Origin: an uncultured Flavobacteriales bacterium
GTDB taxonomy: Bacteria; Bacteroidota; Bacteroidia; CAIKAF01
Direction of reading: 5' to 3'
Length of the DNA: 44,065 bases
Assembly (NCBI GenBank): GCA_937925455.1
Contig: CALEWF010000056.1
Coordinates: 1 to 44,065, forward strand
A program made the translations under genes and the position numbers. Each line of letters opens with the position of its first letter. Position 1 is the stretch's first letter. Below the pieces are notes generated by a model, which was not told the DNA's origin, searched no databases, and saw only the letters and a program-made list of their open reading frames with translations. Shown here one piece after another: positions 8,928 to 20,344 of the stretch.

Positions 8928-9943
8928 ACTTCTGTAATTTCAGTTTCAGGCTCATTTACTTGTTCGCCACGGAACTGTGTTTTAAGTACCGATGATTTAA
9001 GGCCTTGTTCGCAGAGCCAACGACTAAATAAATCGGTATAACCATGGGTTACCAACACCTGTTCTGCCCCGGTGGCTTGTATGGCTAAATTTAATCCATG
9101 CCAATCGGCATGGTCGCTAAGTACAAATCCGCGATCGGCAGCTTGCCAACGACGGGCACCTCGCATGGCCATCCATCCGCTGGCAACAGCCGTACGGTAT
9201 GGCTCAAACCTTTTGAGCCACGGGCTACCTGCTGCTGATGAAGGGGCTATAACCAAAGCACCTTTGCACCAAGATGCATTAGGTAATTCGCTTACCCGGT
9301 AGGTTTGAGGCAAGACAATTCCGGACCTCCGGCAGGCTTCATTCATAGCATGTGTAGCCCCATGTACAATAATTGGTCCCAGAGAGTTGTCTAAATTTGC
9401 TAAAATACGCTGTGCTTTGCCCAAAGAATAAGCAAAAAGTACGGAACTGATTCCTTCGCTTTGGTTTTTTTTCCACCATTGTTGTATTTGCTGCATCACC
9501 ACCGACTGGGTTTGCCATTGAAAAAAAGGCAATCCAAACGTAGATTCTGTGATGAACGTGTGGCAAGTTACCGGTTCAAAGGGCTCACAAATTCCGTCTG
9601 GCTGAGTTTTATAGTCGCCTGAAATAACCCACACCTCGCCTTTGTATTCCAAGCGTACTTGAGCTGAGCCAACTACATGGCCCGCCGGATGTAAAGAAAT
9701 TGTTACACCGTTGATTGTAAAAGTTTCCTTATATTCTAAACCTTGCACAGCGATATTACCCAACCGGGATTTTAATATCGGAATACTCTGGTGGTGGCAT
9801 AAATAATTTTCACTGCCTGATCGTGCATGATCTGAATGTCCATGGGTGATGATGGCTTTTTTTACAGCTTTCCAGGGATCAATAAACAAATCGGCTTGTG
9901 GGCAGTAAAGTCCATATTCGGTAAGTATTACCAAATCATCCAT
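8924..9943 (-). CDS. Ligase-associated DNA damage response exonuclease (metallo-beta-lactamase/beta-CASP fold)
   Basis: 339 aa with the HxHxDH motif (THGHSDHA). The length and the pairing with the ATP-dependent ligase are typical of this family. Confidence 0.85.
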   Translation of the reverse strand: MDDLVILTEYGLYCPQADLFIDPWKAVKKAIITHGHSDHARSGSENYLCHHQSIPILKSRLGNIAVQGLEYKETFTINGVTISLHPAGHVVGSAQVRLEYKGEVWVISGDYKTQPDGICEPFEPVTCHTFITESTFGLPFFQWQTQSVVMQQIQQWWKKNQSEGISSVLFAYSLGKAQRILANLDNSLGPIIVHGATHAMNEACRRSGIVLPQTYRVSELPNASWCKGALVIAPSSAAGSPWLKRFEPYRTAVASGWMAMRGARRWQAADRGFVLSDHADWHGLNLAIQATGAEQVLVTHGYTDLFSRWLCEQGLKSSVLKTQFRGEQVNEPETEITEV

Positions 9944-9947
9944 GAAA

Positions 9948-9981
9948 TTAAAAACAAAAAACCAATAGAAAAGTTATTGGT
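9948..9981 (-). terminator. Rho-independent terminator after the ABC-F gene
   Basis: On the minus strand: ACCAATA-ACTTTTC-TATTGGT followed by TTTTTGTTTTT. The hairpin spans 9961-9981 and starts 7 nt past the stop at 9988. Confidence 0.6.
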
Positions 9982-9987
9982 CAACGA

Positions 9988-11652
<1,665 letters not shown>

Positions 11653-11678
11653 TCAGGCAGAGTATTGCAGGTTTTGTG

Positions 11679-12995
11679 TTACTTTTTTGTGTAGCTGTTG
11701 GTAGTTTTTATTTCAGCTTTTAACTGATTAAGTATGCTAAACAACCCAAAATATGCCCGATTAATATACAAGATATGGCGTGACCCCCTTGCAGCACTAT
11801 ATTTTCGAGCTTCCGGCGAGGAACCAATCTTTTCTCCCTGCTCCATTATTTCGCGGATGTAGCTGTCGTTTCCAAAATCAAACGCATCTGATTCAAACGG
11901 TTTTTTCAGATAGCCCAACATCAACTGAAACGTTTTAGTAAAGAATCTTATCTCTTCTTCGCTGCTCTGATCATTTAGAATCTCTACCTCTTTTAACCTA
12001 CGAGCCATGGCATCGGCATTGTGAAAATTTTCATCTTCAAGCAAAGCAAAATACCGATGATAAAAATCTTCTGGAACCGATTTAACACAACCAAAATCTA
12101 TAATTCCCAACTTGTTTTCAGGCGTAACAAAAAAATTACCGGGATGAGGGTCTGCATGCAATAAACGCAAATGATGCATTTGAAAGTCATAAAAATCCCA
12201 CAGGGCTTGACCAATAAGGTTTCTTACATCTTGGGGCGTCTCTGATTTTAAAAATTCTACCAACGGAGTTCCATCCACCCAGTCCATCACAATCACCCGG
12301 TCCGAACTCCATTCCGGATAATAGGTAGGAAAATGAAGGTTGGGAAGGTGGCTGCACTTTTCTGCAATAAACATGGAATTTTTAACCTCTGCACGATAAT
12401 CGGCTTCTTCCAGCAACTTTGTTTGAATTTCGTCAAAATACGGTTTGATGTCAGATTCTTTTACATTCATCAATCGTAGGGCAAAAGGCTTTACCAGTTT
12501 TAAATCAGAAACCACACTGTCTGCTACGCCCGGATACTGAATTTTTACGGCCAGCTTTTTCCCGTTTTTAGTAGCCCAATGCACTTGCCCAATAGAAGCC
12601 GCATTCACTGCTTTTTCTTCAAATGTATCAAACAGCTCATAAGGCGATTTCCCGATGGTACGCTTAAAAGTTTGTACAATCAGTGGCCCGGATAACGGGG
12701 TGGCTTTGTACTGCGCTTTTTGAAATTCCTGAATATATTCGGTGGGCAATAAGCTTCGGTCCATGGCCAGCATTTGTGCCATTTTTAAAGCACTGCCTTT
12801 GAGTTCGCTCATCGCCTGGTAAATATCTTTTGCGTTGGCCTTATCTAATTCCGATTTATCGGTTGTAGGGTCAAATGCCTTTTTTACATAATAACGAATG
12901 TAGTTGCTTCCCACTTTGGCTCCGGTACCAATAAAACGGGTAGCCCTGGCTACTTTGGAAGTGGGTATTTTATCCTGTGAATTATTTACTTCCAT
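11679..12995 (-). CDS. ABC1/AarF/UbiB-family atypical protein kinase
   Basis: 438 aa. Contains the ABC1 hallmark AASIGQVH and the HADPHPGN catalytic loop. Confidence 0.85.
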   Translation of the reverse strand: MEVNNSQDKIPTSKVARATRFIGTGAKVGSNYIRYYVKKAFDPTTDKSELDKANAKDIYQAMSELKGSALKMAQMLAMDRSLLPTEYIQEFQKAQYKATPLSGPLIVQTFKRTIGKSPYELFDTFEEKAVNAASIGQVHWATKNGKKLAVKIQYPGVADSVVSDLKLVKPFALRLMNVKESDIKPYFDEIQTKLLEEADYRAEVKNSMFIAEKCSHLPNLHFPTYYPEWSSDRVIVMDWVDGTPLVEFLKSETPQDVRNLIGQALWDFYDFQMHHLRLLHADPHPGNFFVTPENKLGIIDFGCVKSVPEDFYHRYFALLEDENFHNADAMARRLKEVEILNDQSSEEEIRFFTKTFQLMLGYLKKPFESDAFDFGNDSYIREIMEQGEKIGSSPEARKYSAARGSRHILYINRAYFGLFSILNQLKAEIKTTNSYTKK

Positions 12996-13606
12996 ATCTG
13001 CTGAAAAATGAATTTACCCAATTCCGCTCCAGAGTCAACTCCATTTCGAGTGATTAAATCCATTTGAAAATTAACGGATTTCTCAATGAATTCATCCGTC
13101 TTTTCAAATGAATCGCTGGTATCGTTTACCCAAAATTTAATCAGTGTCAAAAGGTGCATCCAGGCGGCATCGGCATAAATACGGTGAATGCCAAAGCGTG
13201 AAGGAATTTCTCCCGAGCCTACCCCTTCGTTAATTAACGCATTAAAATGTTCTTTTACGGTATTTTTAAATCGGTGAAAAACATAGACATCTTTTAGCCT
13301 AAAACCTGAAAAACGCCATGTTACAAAACTACGTACCGATAAAAGCTGTTGGGTAAAACCGAAGCAAAATGCCAGGTATTTTTCACGTACTGAATATGTT
13401 GAATAAGCTTCTGTAGAAGTTACTGTTTGAATGATTTGTTCTGTCCAAGTTTGCCAAATATGATCTTCCAGCACCGATAGCGAAGCATACTGCTTATAAA
13501 ATTCAGTTTCCTTAATTCCGGCTATTTTACAAAATGCAGCTACTGTTGCCGGCTTACGACCATGTTCAGAAACATACGATATGTATTGCTCAAAAATTTC
13601 CATCAT
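12986..13606 (-). CDS. TetR-like transcriptional regulator (putative)
   Basis: About 206 aa from MMEIFEQ. N-terminal HTH-like segment (PATVAAFCKIAGIKETEFYKQYAS). The 3' end overlaps the ABC1 kinase start by 10 nt. Start codon is uncertain (13645, 13606 or 13603). Confidence 0.55.
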   Translation of the reverse strand: MMEIFEQYISYVSEHGRKPATVAAFCKIAGIKETEFYKQYASLSVLEDHIWQTWTEQIIQTVTSTEAYSTYSVREKYLAFCFGFTQQLLSVRSFVTWRFSGFRLKDVYVFHRFKNTVKEHFNALINEGVGSGEIPSRFGIHRIYADAAWMHLLTLIKFWVNDTSDSFEKTDEFIEKSVNFQMDLITRNGVDSGAELGKFIFQQIWK

Positions 13607-13702
13607 CAATTTTTTAATACAATATAAATAACTAATGCATGGCAAGCGAATTTTGTTTGGGTATTTTCAGTATTTTTCAAATGCTTTAACATTATCAAAG
13701 AT

Positions 13703-14422
13703 TTATATTTTAATCGCACAAGCCAAAGTAAGAATATTTACCTGTGCAGCACCCCCATCCACCAAGCATTGGGCTGCTGACTCAAGGGTAGATCCGGTAG
13801 TAACCACATCGTCTAACAATACTACGCGTTTGCCACGAATTTCTTCGGGCTTATGCAATGCAAAAATATCTTTTACATTTTCCCATCGTCCAATTCTACT
13901 TTTTCGGGTTTGTGAAGCTGTATTTTCGGTGCGATACAAATTATTGTTCAGTAAAATAATTCCTGTAGAAGCAGCCAATCCTTCTCCCCAAACATCACTT
14001 TGATTATATCCCCGTTTTTTAAGTTTGAGCGGATGCAACGGAATAGGGATTAAATAATCCATACCATCCAAGACGTGATCTTGACTGAGTACATGACCGT
14101 ATAACATACCAAGCTGTCGGGCTAAGTTCTGATTACCTTTGTATTTAATGGCGTGCAGCATGGATTGCACCCTGCTTCCTTTATCAAAATATAGGTAGGA
14201 TGCTGCCATTCCAACATCCACTCTTCCACGAAACAACTTCCAAATAGGATTTTGCGGATCGCGATGGAAATGGGTTTGAGGAATTTCAAGCAAGCAAGCC
14301 AGGCAAATTTCTTGTTCCCCTTTTACAAGTTTTTGACCGCAGCCTGCGCAGGTATGCGGATAGATTAGCCCGGTGAGGTCTAACCATCCTTCTTTGCTTT
14401 CCTGCCAGATGCGACGAAACAT
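13703..14422 (-). CDS. comF: ComF-family phosphoribosyltransferase-domain protein
   Basis: 239 aa. N-terminal Cys pairs (CAGCGQ...CLAC) and a C-terminal PRTase motif (VVLLDDVVTTGSTL). Confidence 0.8.
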   Translation of the reverse strand: MFRRIWQESKEGWLDLTGLIYPHTCAGCGQKLVKGEQEICLACLLEIPQTHFHRDPQNPIWKLFRGRVDVGMAASYLYFDKGSRVQSMLHAIKYKGNQNLARQLGMLYGHVLSQDHVLDGMDYLIPIPLHPLKLKKRGYNQSDVWGEGLAASTGIILLNNNLYRTENTASQTRKSRIGRWENVKDIFALHKPEEIRGKRVVLLDDVVTTGSTLESAAQCLVDGGAAQVNILTLACAIKI

Positions 14423-14617
14423 AGGCTGTTTGGATGTATTTACATGTTTTTGAAATATACATAAAAATTCATTATAAAATAGTTCAATGAGATAAAATTT
14501 AAATAGGACATTAAAAAATGTTTTTAGCTAAAACCTAAATATGCAAGGGTTAAGTAAAATTTTTTATTGAAAACGCGACACTGCGTCTCTGCGAAAAATA
14601 ATAAAACCACCCTGTAC

Positions 14618-14995
14618 TTATCGATACCCTGTTTTTCCATCGGCTCTTCTTCGTCGCATGTATGCCCCGTACGATTCTACAGGAATAAAATATTCGGTAA
14701 ATTCATATTCACTTAGTCGTTCTTCTTTATCATTTATTACAATGTATGGTTTTAAAGAATTGCTATGATTATCTTTTTTAAAACGATAGGCTACCCCGGC
14801 ATGAAAACACAAATAATCTTTGATGCAATAGGCTTTGGGATGGCGCGGAAATAATAAAATAAAAGGTATTCCAAGGATAGGGGTTAAAAAAAACAACAAC
14901 AAAAAAGCTCCCCACCATCCACACTTTCTGAACGACCCTATGGCTTCGGCCATAATAACAACAGCCATAAAATAGATAAGCGGAAAAGCTTCCAT
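14618..14995 (-). CDS. Hypothetical small membrane protein
   Basis: 125 aa with two predicted N-terminal TM helices and then a basic soluble tail. I recognise no family. Confidence 0.4.
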   Translation of the reverse strand: MEAFPLIYFMAVVIMAEAIGSFRKCGWWGAFLLLFFLTPILGIPFILLFPRHPKAYCIKDYLCFHAGVAYRFKKDNHSNSLKPYIVINDKEERLSEYEFTEYFIPVESYGAYMRRRRADGKTGYR

Positions 14996-15118
14996 ACCTT
15001 GTTATTAAACCATGATTATCAAAAAATGTTTTTTAAACCTACTACCTGTAAATAATATTACACTATTGTCCGAAATAAAATTTAATCTCCATGTTTTTAA
15101 TAGAATTTTTTATTATCA

Positions 15119-15319
15119 AGCTGCCTATGGGGCTGTCCGTTCCAAGTCCTCGGGGCTCAGCCACACAGGGCATCGGGGTAGCGGTGTCTTCGTGCCCTCA
15201 GCCCCGCTACCCCGTGCCCTGTGGGCTTCGCCCCTGTGGGCTTTCCACTTCCATCCGCAGCAGACGGGGAAACGGGTGAATCCGCCCCTACGAGGCGAAG
15301 GAACATGCGCCCCCCCTCC
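15119..15319 (+). repeat. GC-rich imperfect-palindrome intergenic repeat, copy C (core 15119-15263 plus a 56-nt 3' module)
   Basis: The core aligns to copy D with about 7 differences, including a 1-nt deletion near the 5' end. The 3' module is ACGGGGAAACGGGTGAATCCGCCCCTACGAGGCGAAGGAACATGCGCCCCCCCTCC. Confidence 0.9.
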
Positions 15320-15381
15320 AATAAAAATTTGAATAAAAATGTTATTCCGTAAAATAATAAAAAATAGCTGAGATGAACATT

Positions 15382-16263
15382 TTAATAAAGTTCATCTACT
15401 TTAAGTTTCAGAAATTTTCTTACAGATAGGTAGGTGCTAAGATAGCTAATCATAACTCCCAGCCCCGCTATTAAACCAAATAATATCAATAAGTATCCCC
15501 AGTCGGTTATTCCAAGCGAATAATCAAATCGTTGCGACAAGTAAATGATTAGTACTGTTAACAAAATAATGGCTAATAAACCGGCTATGAAACCTTGAAG
15601 AATACCGGTTATTAAAAAAGGTTTTCTGATAAATGAGGCTGTGGCTCCAACTAATTGCATGGTTTTAATGGTAAATCGCTTGGAATAGATGGCTAGCCGA
15701 ATGGTGTTGTTAATGAGTGCTACCATGATTATTCCCAGTAATAAACTAATGCCTAGTAAAATCCATTGAATTTTTTCGGTATTGGCATTTACATCCCGAA
15801 TGAGGTTTTCATCTTTGCTGATACCGCGTATCCATTCACCGTAATCATCCAAAATTTTGTTTTCGATGAAATTCATGCTTTCAACATCAGTAAATTCAGC
15901 TTTCAGGGTTAATTCAATGGTGTATCCCAGGGGATTGAATCCAAGGACGGTGGTAGGGTCTTCGTTCCAGGTTTTTTTAAATTCTTCCAATGCTTCATCT
16001 GGTGTAATTAATACGGCCCGTTTAGTAAACTCCCGGGTTTGAAGTCCCATTCGGATTTCTTCTGCTGTTTCGCCATCTGTTTCACTGTTTAGGCCAATTT
16101 GCAGTTTCAGATTTTCCTTCACGTAGGTGGTGAGTTTTCCGGCAGATAGCAAAATGGTGCCAATTAATCCCAATACAAAAAGCACCAAGGTAATACTAAC
16201 TACCGAGGTAATGTATGCCATGCGTAATCTTCGCCGGTTAAATTGTTCTTCCCTCTTTCCCAT
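15382..16263 (-). CDS. ftsX: Cell division protein FtsX-like permease
   Basis: One TM helix, a periplasmic domain, then three C-terminal TM helices (FtsX topology). Start set at the ATG at 16263 (MGKREEQFNRRR). An in-frame GTG at 16347 is an alternative start. Confidence 0.75.
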   Translation of the reverse strand: MGKREEQFNRRRLRMAYITSVVSITLVLFVLGLIGTILLSAGKLTTYVKENLKLQIGLNSETDGETAEEIRMGLQTREFTKRAVLITPDEALEEFKKTWNEDPTTVLGFNPLGYTIELTLKAEFTDVESMNFIENKILDDYGEWIRGISKDENLIRDVNANTEKIQWILLGISLLLGIIMVALINNTIRLAIYSKRFTIKTMQLVGATASFIRKPFLITGILQGFIAGLLAIILLTVLIIYLSQRFDYSLGITDWGYLLILFGLIAGLGVMISYLSTYLSVRKFLKLKVDELY

Positions 16264-16373
16264 AAGGCAAATTTCGTAAATTGGGTCTTCCTGCAATGCA
16301 GTCAACGAGTAAATTCTATTCACAAGGTTGTTCACAATTTTGGCCACTCATGGGCTATTTGTATATTCGATAG

Positions 16374-17591
16374 ATGGCTTTGCATTACGATATTCTCATT
16401 GCCGGAGCTGGTCCTGCAGGCACCACAGCGGCTTTACATTTGCTAGGGAGTGGACTGCAGATTTTATTGTTAGACAAAGCTGTTTTTCCGAGGGATAAAA
16501 TTTGTGGTGATGCATTGAGTGGAAATGTGTGTTTTGAGTTAGAAAAACTTGGATTACATTATACTTTTAAGTTTGACCAATTGCCACGCGTATTGCCAAC
16601 ACAAGGCATTCGATTTGTATCTCCTCAGGGAAAAGCATTAGACATCAGGCTTAAAAAAACTCGCAAGGCATTACATGCTCCGGGATATATCGCATCACGG
16701 GTTGACTTTGATTATTTTTTGTGGCAGCAGGTTAAGCAGGCTGGGCATGTGGAAATGCTGGAAGAAACTACTGTGCTTAAGGCAGATTTTTTTCCTGATA
16801 AAGTGAATGTTTTTACGAATCGAGGTGTTTTTTCAGCTTCGCTGGTAATTGCTGCTGATGGGGCACATTCTGTATTTGCAAAGCAATTGGGATATAAATT
16901 GGATAAAAAACATCATAGTGCCGGGCTAAGGCAATATTATGAAGGAGTAACAGGATTTGCAGAGGGTTCGCTCATTGAATTGCATTTTATTCAAAATATT
17001 TTACCCGGTTATTTTTGGATATTTCCAATGACGGGTGGTAGAGCCAATGTGGGTATTGGTATGTTGAGTGAAGCTATATCCAAACAAAAAATTAATCTAA
17101 AACAAACCTTGCAAAACATCATTCAAAGGCATCCGACAATCAGTAGCAGGTTTAAGAATGCAAAGGCACTAGAAGAGCCGAAAGGTTATGGACTACCTCT
17201 TGGTTCCAGGAGATTGCCGGCATCGTCGCATCGTTTGCTGCTTACCGGAGATGCTGCTTCGTTGATAGATCCGTTTACTGGAGAAGGCATTGGCTATGCC
17301 ATGACATCCGGAAGGTTGGCAGCCGAAACGATAAAATCTATCAATATCAATGATTATTCAGAAGATTCTCTAAAAAATTACGATCGGTTGTTGTGGAGTA
17401 AAATTGGAACGGAATTATCTACCAGCTATCAATTGCAAAAACTACTGAGTTATCCATGGCTTTTTAATCGCGTGGTGAATAAGGCCAATCGGCAAGAAGC
17501 ATTGCATGAACTGATACGACAAATGATAGAAGAGCCTGATCGAAAAAAAGCCTGGTATAATCCTTTGTTTTACCTGCGGTTTATTTTTTAA
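16374..17591 (+). CDS. Geranylgeranyl reductase family FAD-dependent oxidoreductase
   Basis: 405 aa. N-terminal Rossmann motif DILIAGAGPAGTTAA, the internal ADGAHS motif, and the GDAA motif (LLTGDAASLIDPFTGEGI). Confidence 0.8.
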   Translation: MALHYDILIAGAGPAGTTAALHLLGSGLQILLLDKAVFPRDKICGDALSGNVCFELEKLGLHYTFKFDQLPRVLPTQGIRFVSPQGKALDIRLKKTRKALHAPGYIASRVDFDYFLWQQVKQAGHVEMLEETTVLKADFFPDKVNVFTNRGVFSASLVIAADGAHSVFAKQLGYKLDKKHHSAGLRQYYEGVTGFAEGSLIELHFIQNILPGYFWIFPMTGGRANVGIGMLSEAISKQKINLKQTLQNIIQRHPTISSRFKNAKALEEPKGYGLPLGSRRLPASSHRLLLTGDAASLIDPFTGEGIGYAMTSGRLAAETIKSININDYSEDSLKNYDRLLWSKIGTELSTSYQLQKLLSYPWLFNRVVNKANRQEALHELIRQMIEEPDRKKAWYNPLFYLRFIF

Positions 17592-18160
17592 TGATTACTT
17601 TCTAAAAAATTTTGAATAATCTGGTAAATGTCTTTTTTTGATTTCTCAAGACGGTCATTTAAAATCAGCGTATCGAAATATTTATAGTCATCAATTTCTG
17701 TAAAAGCTTTTTGTACTCTTTTTCTTATCACTTCTTCTGATTCTGTGCCCCGTTTTTTTAATCGCTTTTCCAGCATATCGATGGAAGGAGGCATGATAAA
17801 TATCGAAAGTGCTCGATTACCAAAAATCTTTTTCAGGTTTATTCCTCCTTTTACATCTACATCAAATACTACGTGGTGATTCTTTTTCCAAATTCGTTCA
17901 ACTTCCGATTTCAAGGTACCATAAAAACTACCGTTATATACTTCTTCCCATTCTATCAATGCATCTTGTTGAATAAGTTTTTTGAATTCATCTGTAGAAA
18001 TAAAGTAATAATCTTTTCCATGCGTTTCGTGTGGCCGAGGGGAGCGTGTAGTGGCTGAAACAGAAAATTCAAGTTGCGGAAAAGATTGTAATATGAATTT
18101 AGATAACGTGGTTTTACCGGATCCGCTGGGGGCTGAAAATATGATGACTTTTCCTTCCAA
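17588..18160 (-). CDS. gmk: Guanylate kinase
   Basis: 190 aa with P-loop SAPSGSGKTTL and TTR.PR..E..G.DY.F motifs. Apparent TTG start at 18160, with no in-frame ATG near the conserved N-terminus. Confidence 0.9.
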   Translation of the reverse strand: MEGKVIIFSAPSGSGKTTLSKFILQSFPQLEFSVSATTRSPRPHETHGKDYYFISTDEFKKLIQQDALIEWEEVYNGSFYGTLKSEVERIWKKNHHVVFDVDVKGGINLKKIFGNRALSIFIMPPSIDMLEKRLKKRGTESEEVIRKRVQKAFTEIDDYKYFDTLILNDRLEKSKKDIYQIIQNFLESNH

Positions 18161-18161
18161 C

Positions 18162-19034
18162 TTATAATACGTTCAATACTTGTTCTTTAATTTTTTCCAG
18201 CTCGTCTTTCATGTGCACTACAATGCGTTGTATTTGTGCATCCGATGCTTTAGAGCCTAACGTGTTGATTTCGCGCCCCATTTCTTGGCTAATAAAGTTA
18301 AGTTTTCTTCCATTAAACCCATCGGCTTGCATGGTTTCTTTAAAATAATTGCAATGGCTTTTTAATCGTACTTTTTCTTCTGAAATATCTAATTTTTCCA
18401 AATAATAAACGATTTCCTGCTCGAAACGGTTTTTGTCAGTTTCCGATTCTTTCACCACTTCCAACATCGATTTTCTTAACTTTTCGCGAAGTTTTTCTGT
18501 TCTATTGATTTCAAAGGGTGTGGTTTCTTCTAAGTATTTTTCAATCGTTACTACATGGGCTTCAAGCGCTTTCATGAGTGAAGCTCCTTCGGCACGTCGA
18601 AAATCCATGCAACGGGTTAATGCTTCAGTAATCAAGGATTTGATTTCATTCCATGTTTCTTCGCTAATTGTTTCTTCTGAAGTTTTAACTACTTCCGGCA
18701 AACGGAAAATGAGTTGCATCCAGTCTGTTTCAGGGATTTGTAAAGTGGCAGAAAGTTCTTTCAGTTGTCTGTAATACGATTTAACGAGTGATTCGTTAAT
18801 GGCGAAGCTGGTATTTTCTGCTAAGTCTTCCTGCAATATCCAAAAGTCAACTTTACCCCGGTCAAGAATTTGGGCAATCAGGCTTCGTATTTCTGATTCA
18901 TGTTCACGAAATGCGTATGGGTATTTAAGATTCAGGTCAAGCGACTTGCTGTTCAACGAACGCACTTCCACCGTATATTTTTTTTTATTGATTTCACGGC
19001 TTGCCTTGCCATATCCTGTCATGGAATATATCAT
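18162..19034 (-). CDS. yicC: YicC/YloC family endoribonuclease (stress-induced protein)
   Basis: Conserved N-terminus MIYSMTGYG and C-terminal EMGREINTLGSKA motif. Start placed at the ATG at 19034. Confidence 0.85.
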   Translation of the reverse strand: MIYSMTGYGKASREINKKKYTVEVRSLNSKSLDLNLKYPYAFREHESEIRSLIAQILDRGKVDFWILQEDLAENTSFAINESLVKSYYRQLKELSATLQIPETDWMQLIFRLPEVVKTSEETISEETWNEIKSLITEALTRCMDFRRAEGASLMKALEAHVVTIEKYLEETTPFEINRTEKLREKLRKSMLEVVKESETDKNRFEQEIVYYLEKLDISEEKVRLKSHCNYFKETMQADGFNGRKLNFISQEMGREINTLGSKASDAQIQRIVVHMKDELEKIKEQVLNVL

Positions 19035-19054
19035 ACTCAATTACTCTATGTAAA

Positions 19055-20245
19055 TTAAGAAATAACATTCATTGCTTTTCCTACTTTAATAAAGGCAGCA
19101 ATGGCTTTATCCAAATGTTCTTTGGTGTGTGCAGCAGAAAGTTGAACACGAATACGCGCCTGACCTTTGGGTACTACTGGATAAAAGAAACCAATTACAT
19201 AAATACCTTCTTCAAGTAAGGCATCGGCAAATTCCTGAGAAAGCTTTGCATCATAAAGCATAATAGGAACGATGGCTGAATCACCGTCTTTAATGTCGAA
19301 ACCAGCTTTTTTAATTTCCTGTTTGAAATAACGGATATTTTCTTCCAGGCGGTCGCGTAATTCAGTGGTTTCGCTCAACATATCAAATACGGCAATAGAA
19401 GCGCCCACAATATGTGGAGCTAAGGAGTTTGAGAAAAGGTAAGGGCGTGAACGCTGGCGTAGCATTTCAATAATTTCTTTTTTTCCGGTGGTAAACCCGC
19501 CCATAGCTCCACCTAAAGCTTTCCCTAAGGTGCCGGTAATGATATCTACCCGGTGCATTACATTTTTAAGCTCTACCGTTCCTCTGCCAGTTTTACCGAT
19601 AAATCCGGTAGCATGGCTTTCATCTACCATTACTAATGCATTGTATTTTTCAGCTAAATCACAAATTTTATCTAGAGGAGCTACAAAACCATCCATTGAA
19701 AATACTCCATCCGTTACAATGATGCGAAACCGATGTTTTTGTGCTTCTTTGAGTTTTTCTTCCAAATCCTGCATGTCGCAATTTTTATAACGGTAGCGAT
19801 GTGCTTTGCATAAACGCACGCCATCAATGATGGAAGCATGGTTTAATTCATCTGAAATAATTGCATCTTCTTCTCCAAATAGTGGTTCAAATACACCCCC
19901 ATTGGCATCAAAGCAAGCTGCATACAGGATAGTATCTTCTTGACCGAGAAATTCAGCAATCTTGCGTTCTAATTCTTTATGTATATCCTGTGTACCGCAA
20001 ATAAAACGTACACTCGACATGCCATATCCATGCTTATCTAAGGTTTTATGTGCCGCTTCTATCACCTTAGGGTGTGAAGAAAGTCCAAGATAATTGTTGG
20101 CACAAAATATTAATACTTTCTTTCCGTTTTGCAGCGTTACCTCCGGGCCTTGCTCGCTGGTAATAATTCGTTCACGTTTAAATAAACCTGCTTCTTCTAT
20201 GCATTGAAGTTCTTGAGTAAGGTGTTGTTTGAATGCTCCGTACAT
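19055..20245 (-). CDS. kbl: Glycine C-acetyltransferase (2-amino-3-ketobutyrate CoA ligase)
   Basis: About 397 aa from MYGAFKQHL. PLP-dependent alpha-oxoamine synthase signatures (DESHATGFIG, GTLGKALGG). Confidence 0.9.
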   Translation of the reverse strand: MYGAFKQHLTQELQCIEEAGLFKRERIITSEQGPEVTLQNGKKVLIFCANNYLGLSSHPKVIEAAHKTLDKHGYGMSSVRFICGTQDIHKELERKIAEFLGQEDTILYAACFDANGGVFEPLFGEEDAIISDELNHASIIDGVRLCKAHRYRYKNCDMQDLEEKLKEAQKHRFRIIVTDGVFSMDGFVAPLDKICDLAEKYNALVMVDESHATGFIGKTGRGTVELKNVMHRVDIITGTLGKALGGAMGGFTTGKKEIIEMLRQRSRPYLFSNSLAPHIVGASIAVFDMLSETTELRDRLEENIRYFKQEIKKAGFDIKDGDSAIVPIMLYDAKLSQEFADALLEEGIYVIGFFYPVVPKGQARIRVQLSAAHTKEHLDKAIAAFIKVGKAMNVIS

Positions 20246-20296
20246 AATACAATGCTTGATGGATACAAAAGTACATTTATTCATGAATGCTGAAAA

Positions 20297-20326
20297 TAAA
20301 AAAGCCCTGACCGGCAGGGCTTTTTT
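20297..20326 (-). terminator. Bidirectional rho-independent terminator
   Basis: AAAAAA-GCCCTG-ACCGG-CAGGGC-TTTTTT (stem 20304-20309 / 20315-20320). It begins 19 nt after the stop of the 20345-21199 gene. Confidence 0.8.
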
Positions 20327-20344
20327 ATAAGTTCATTGTTTTGA

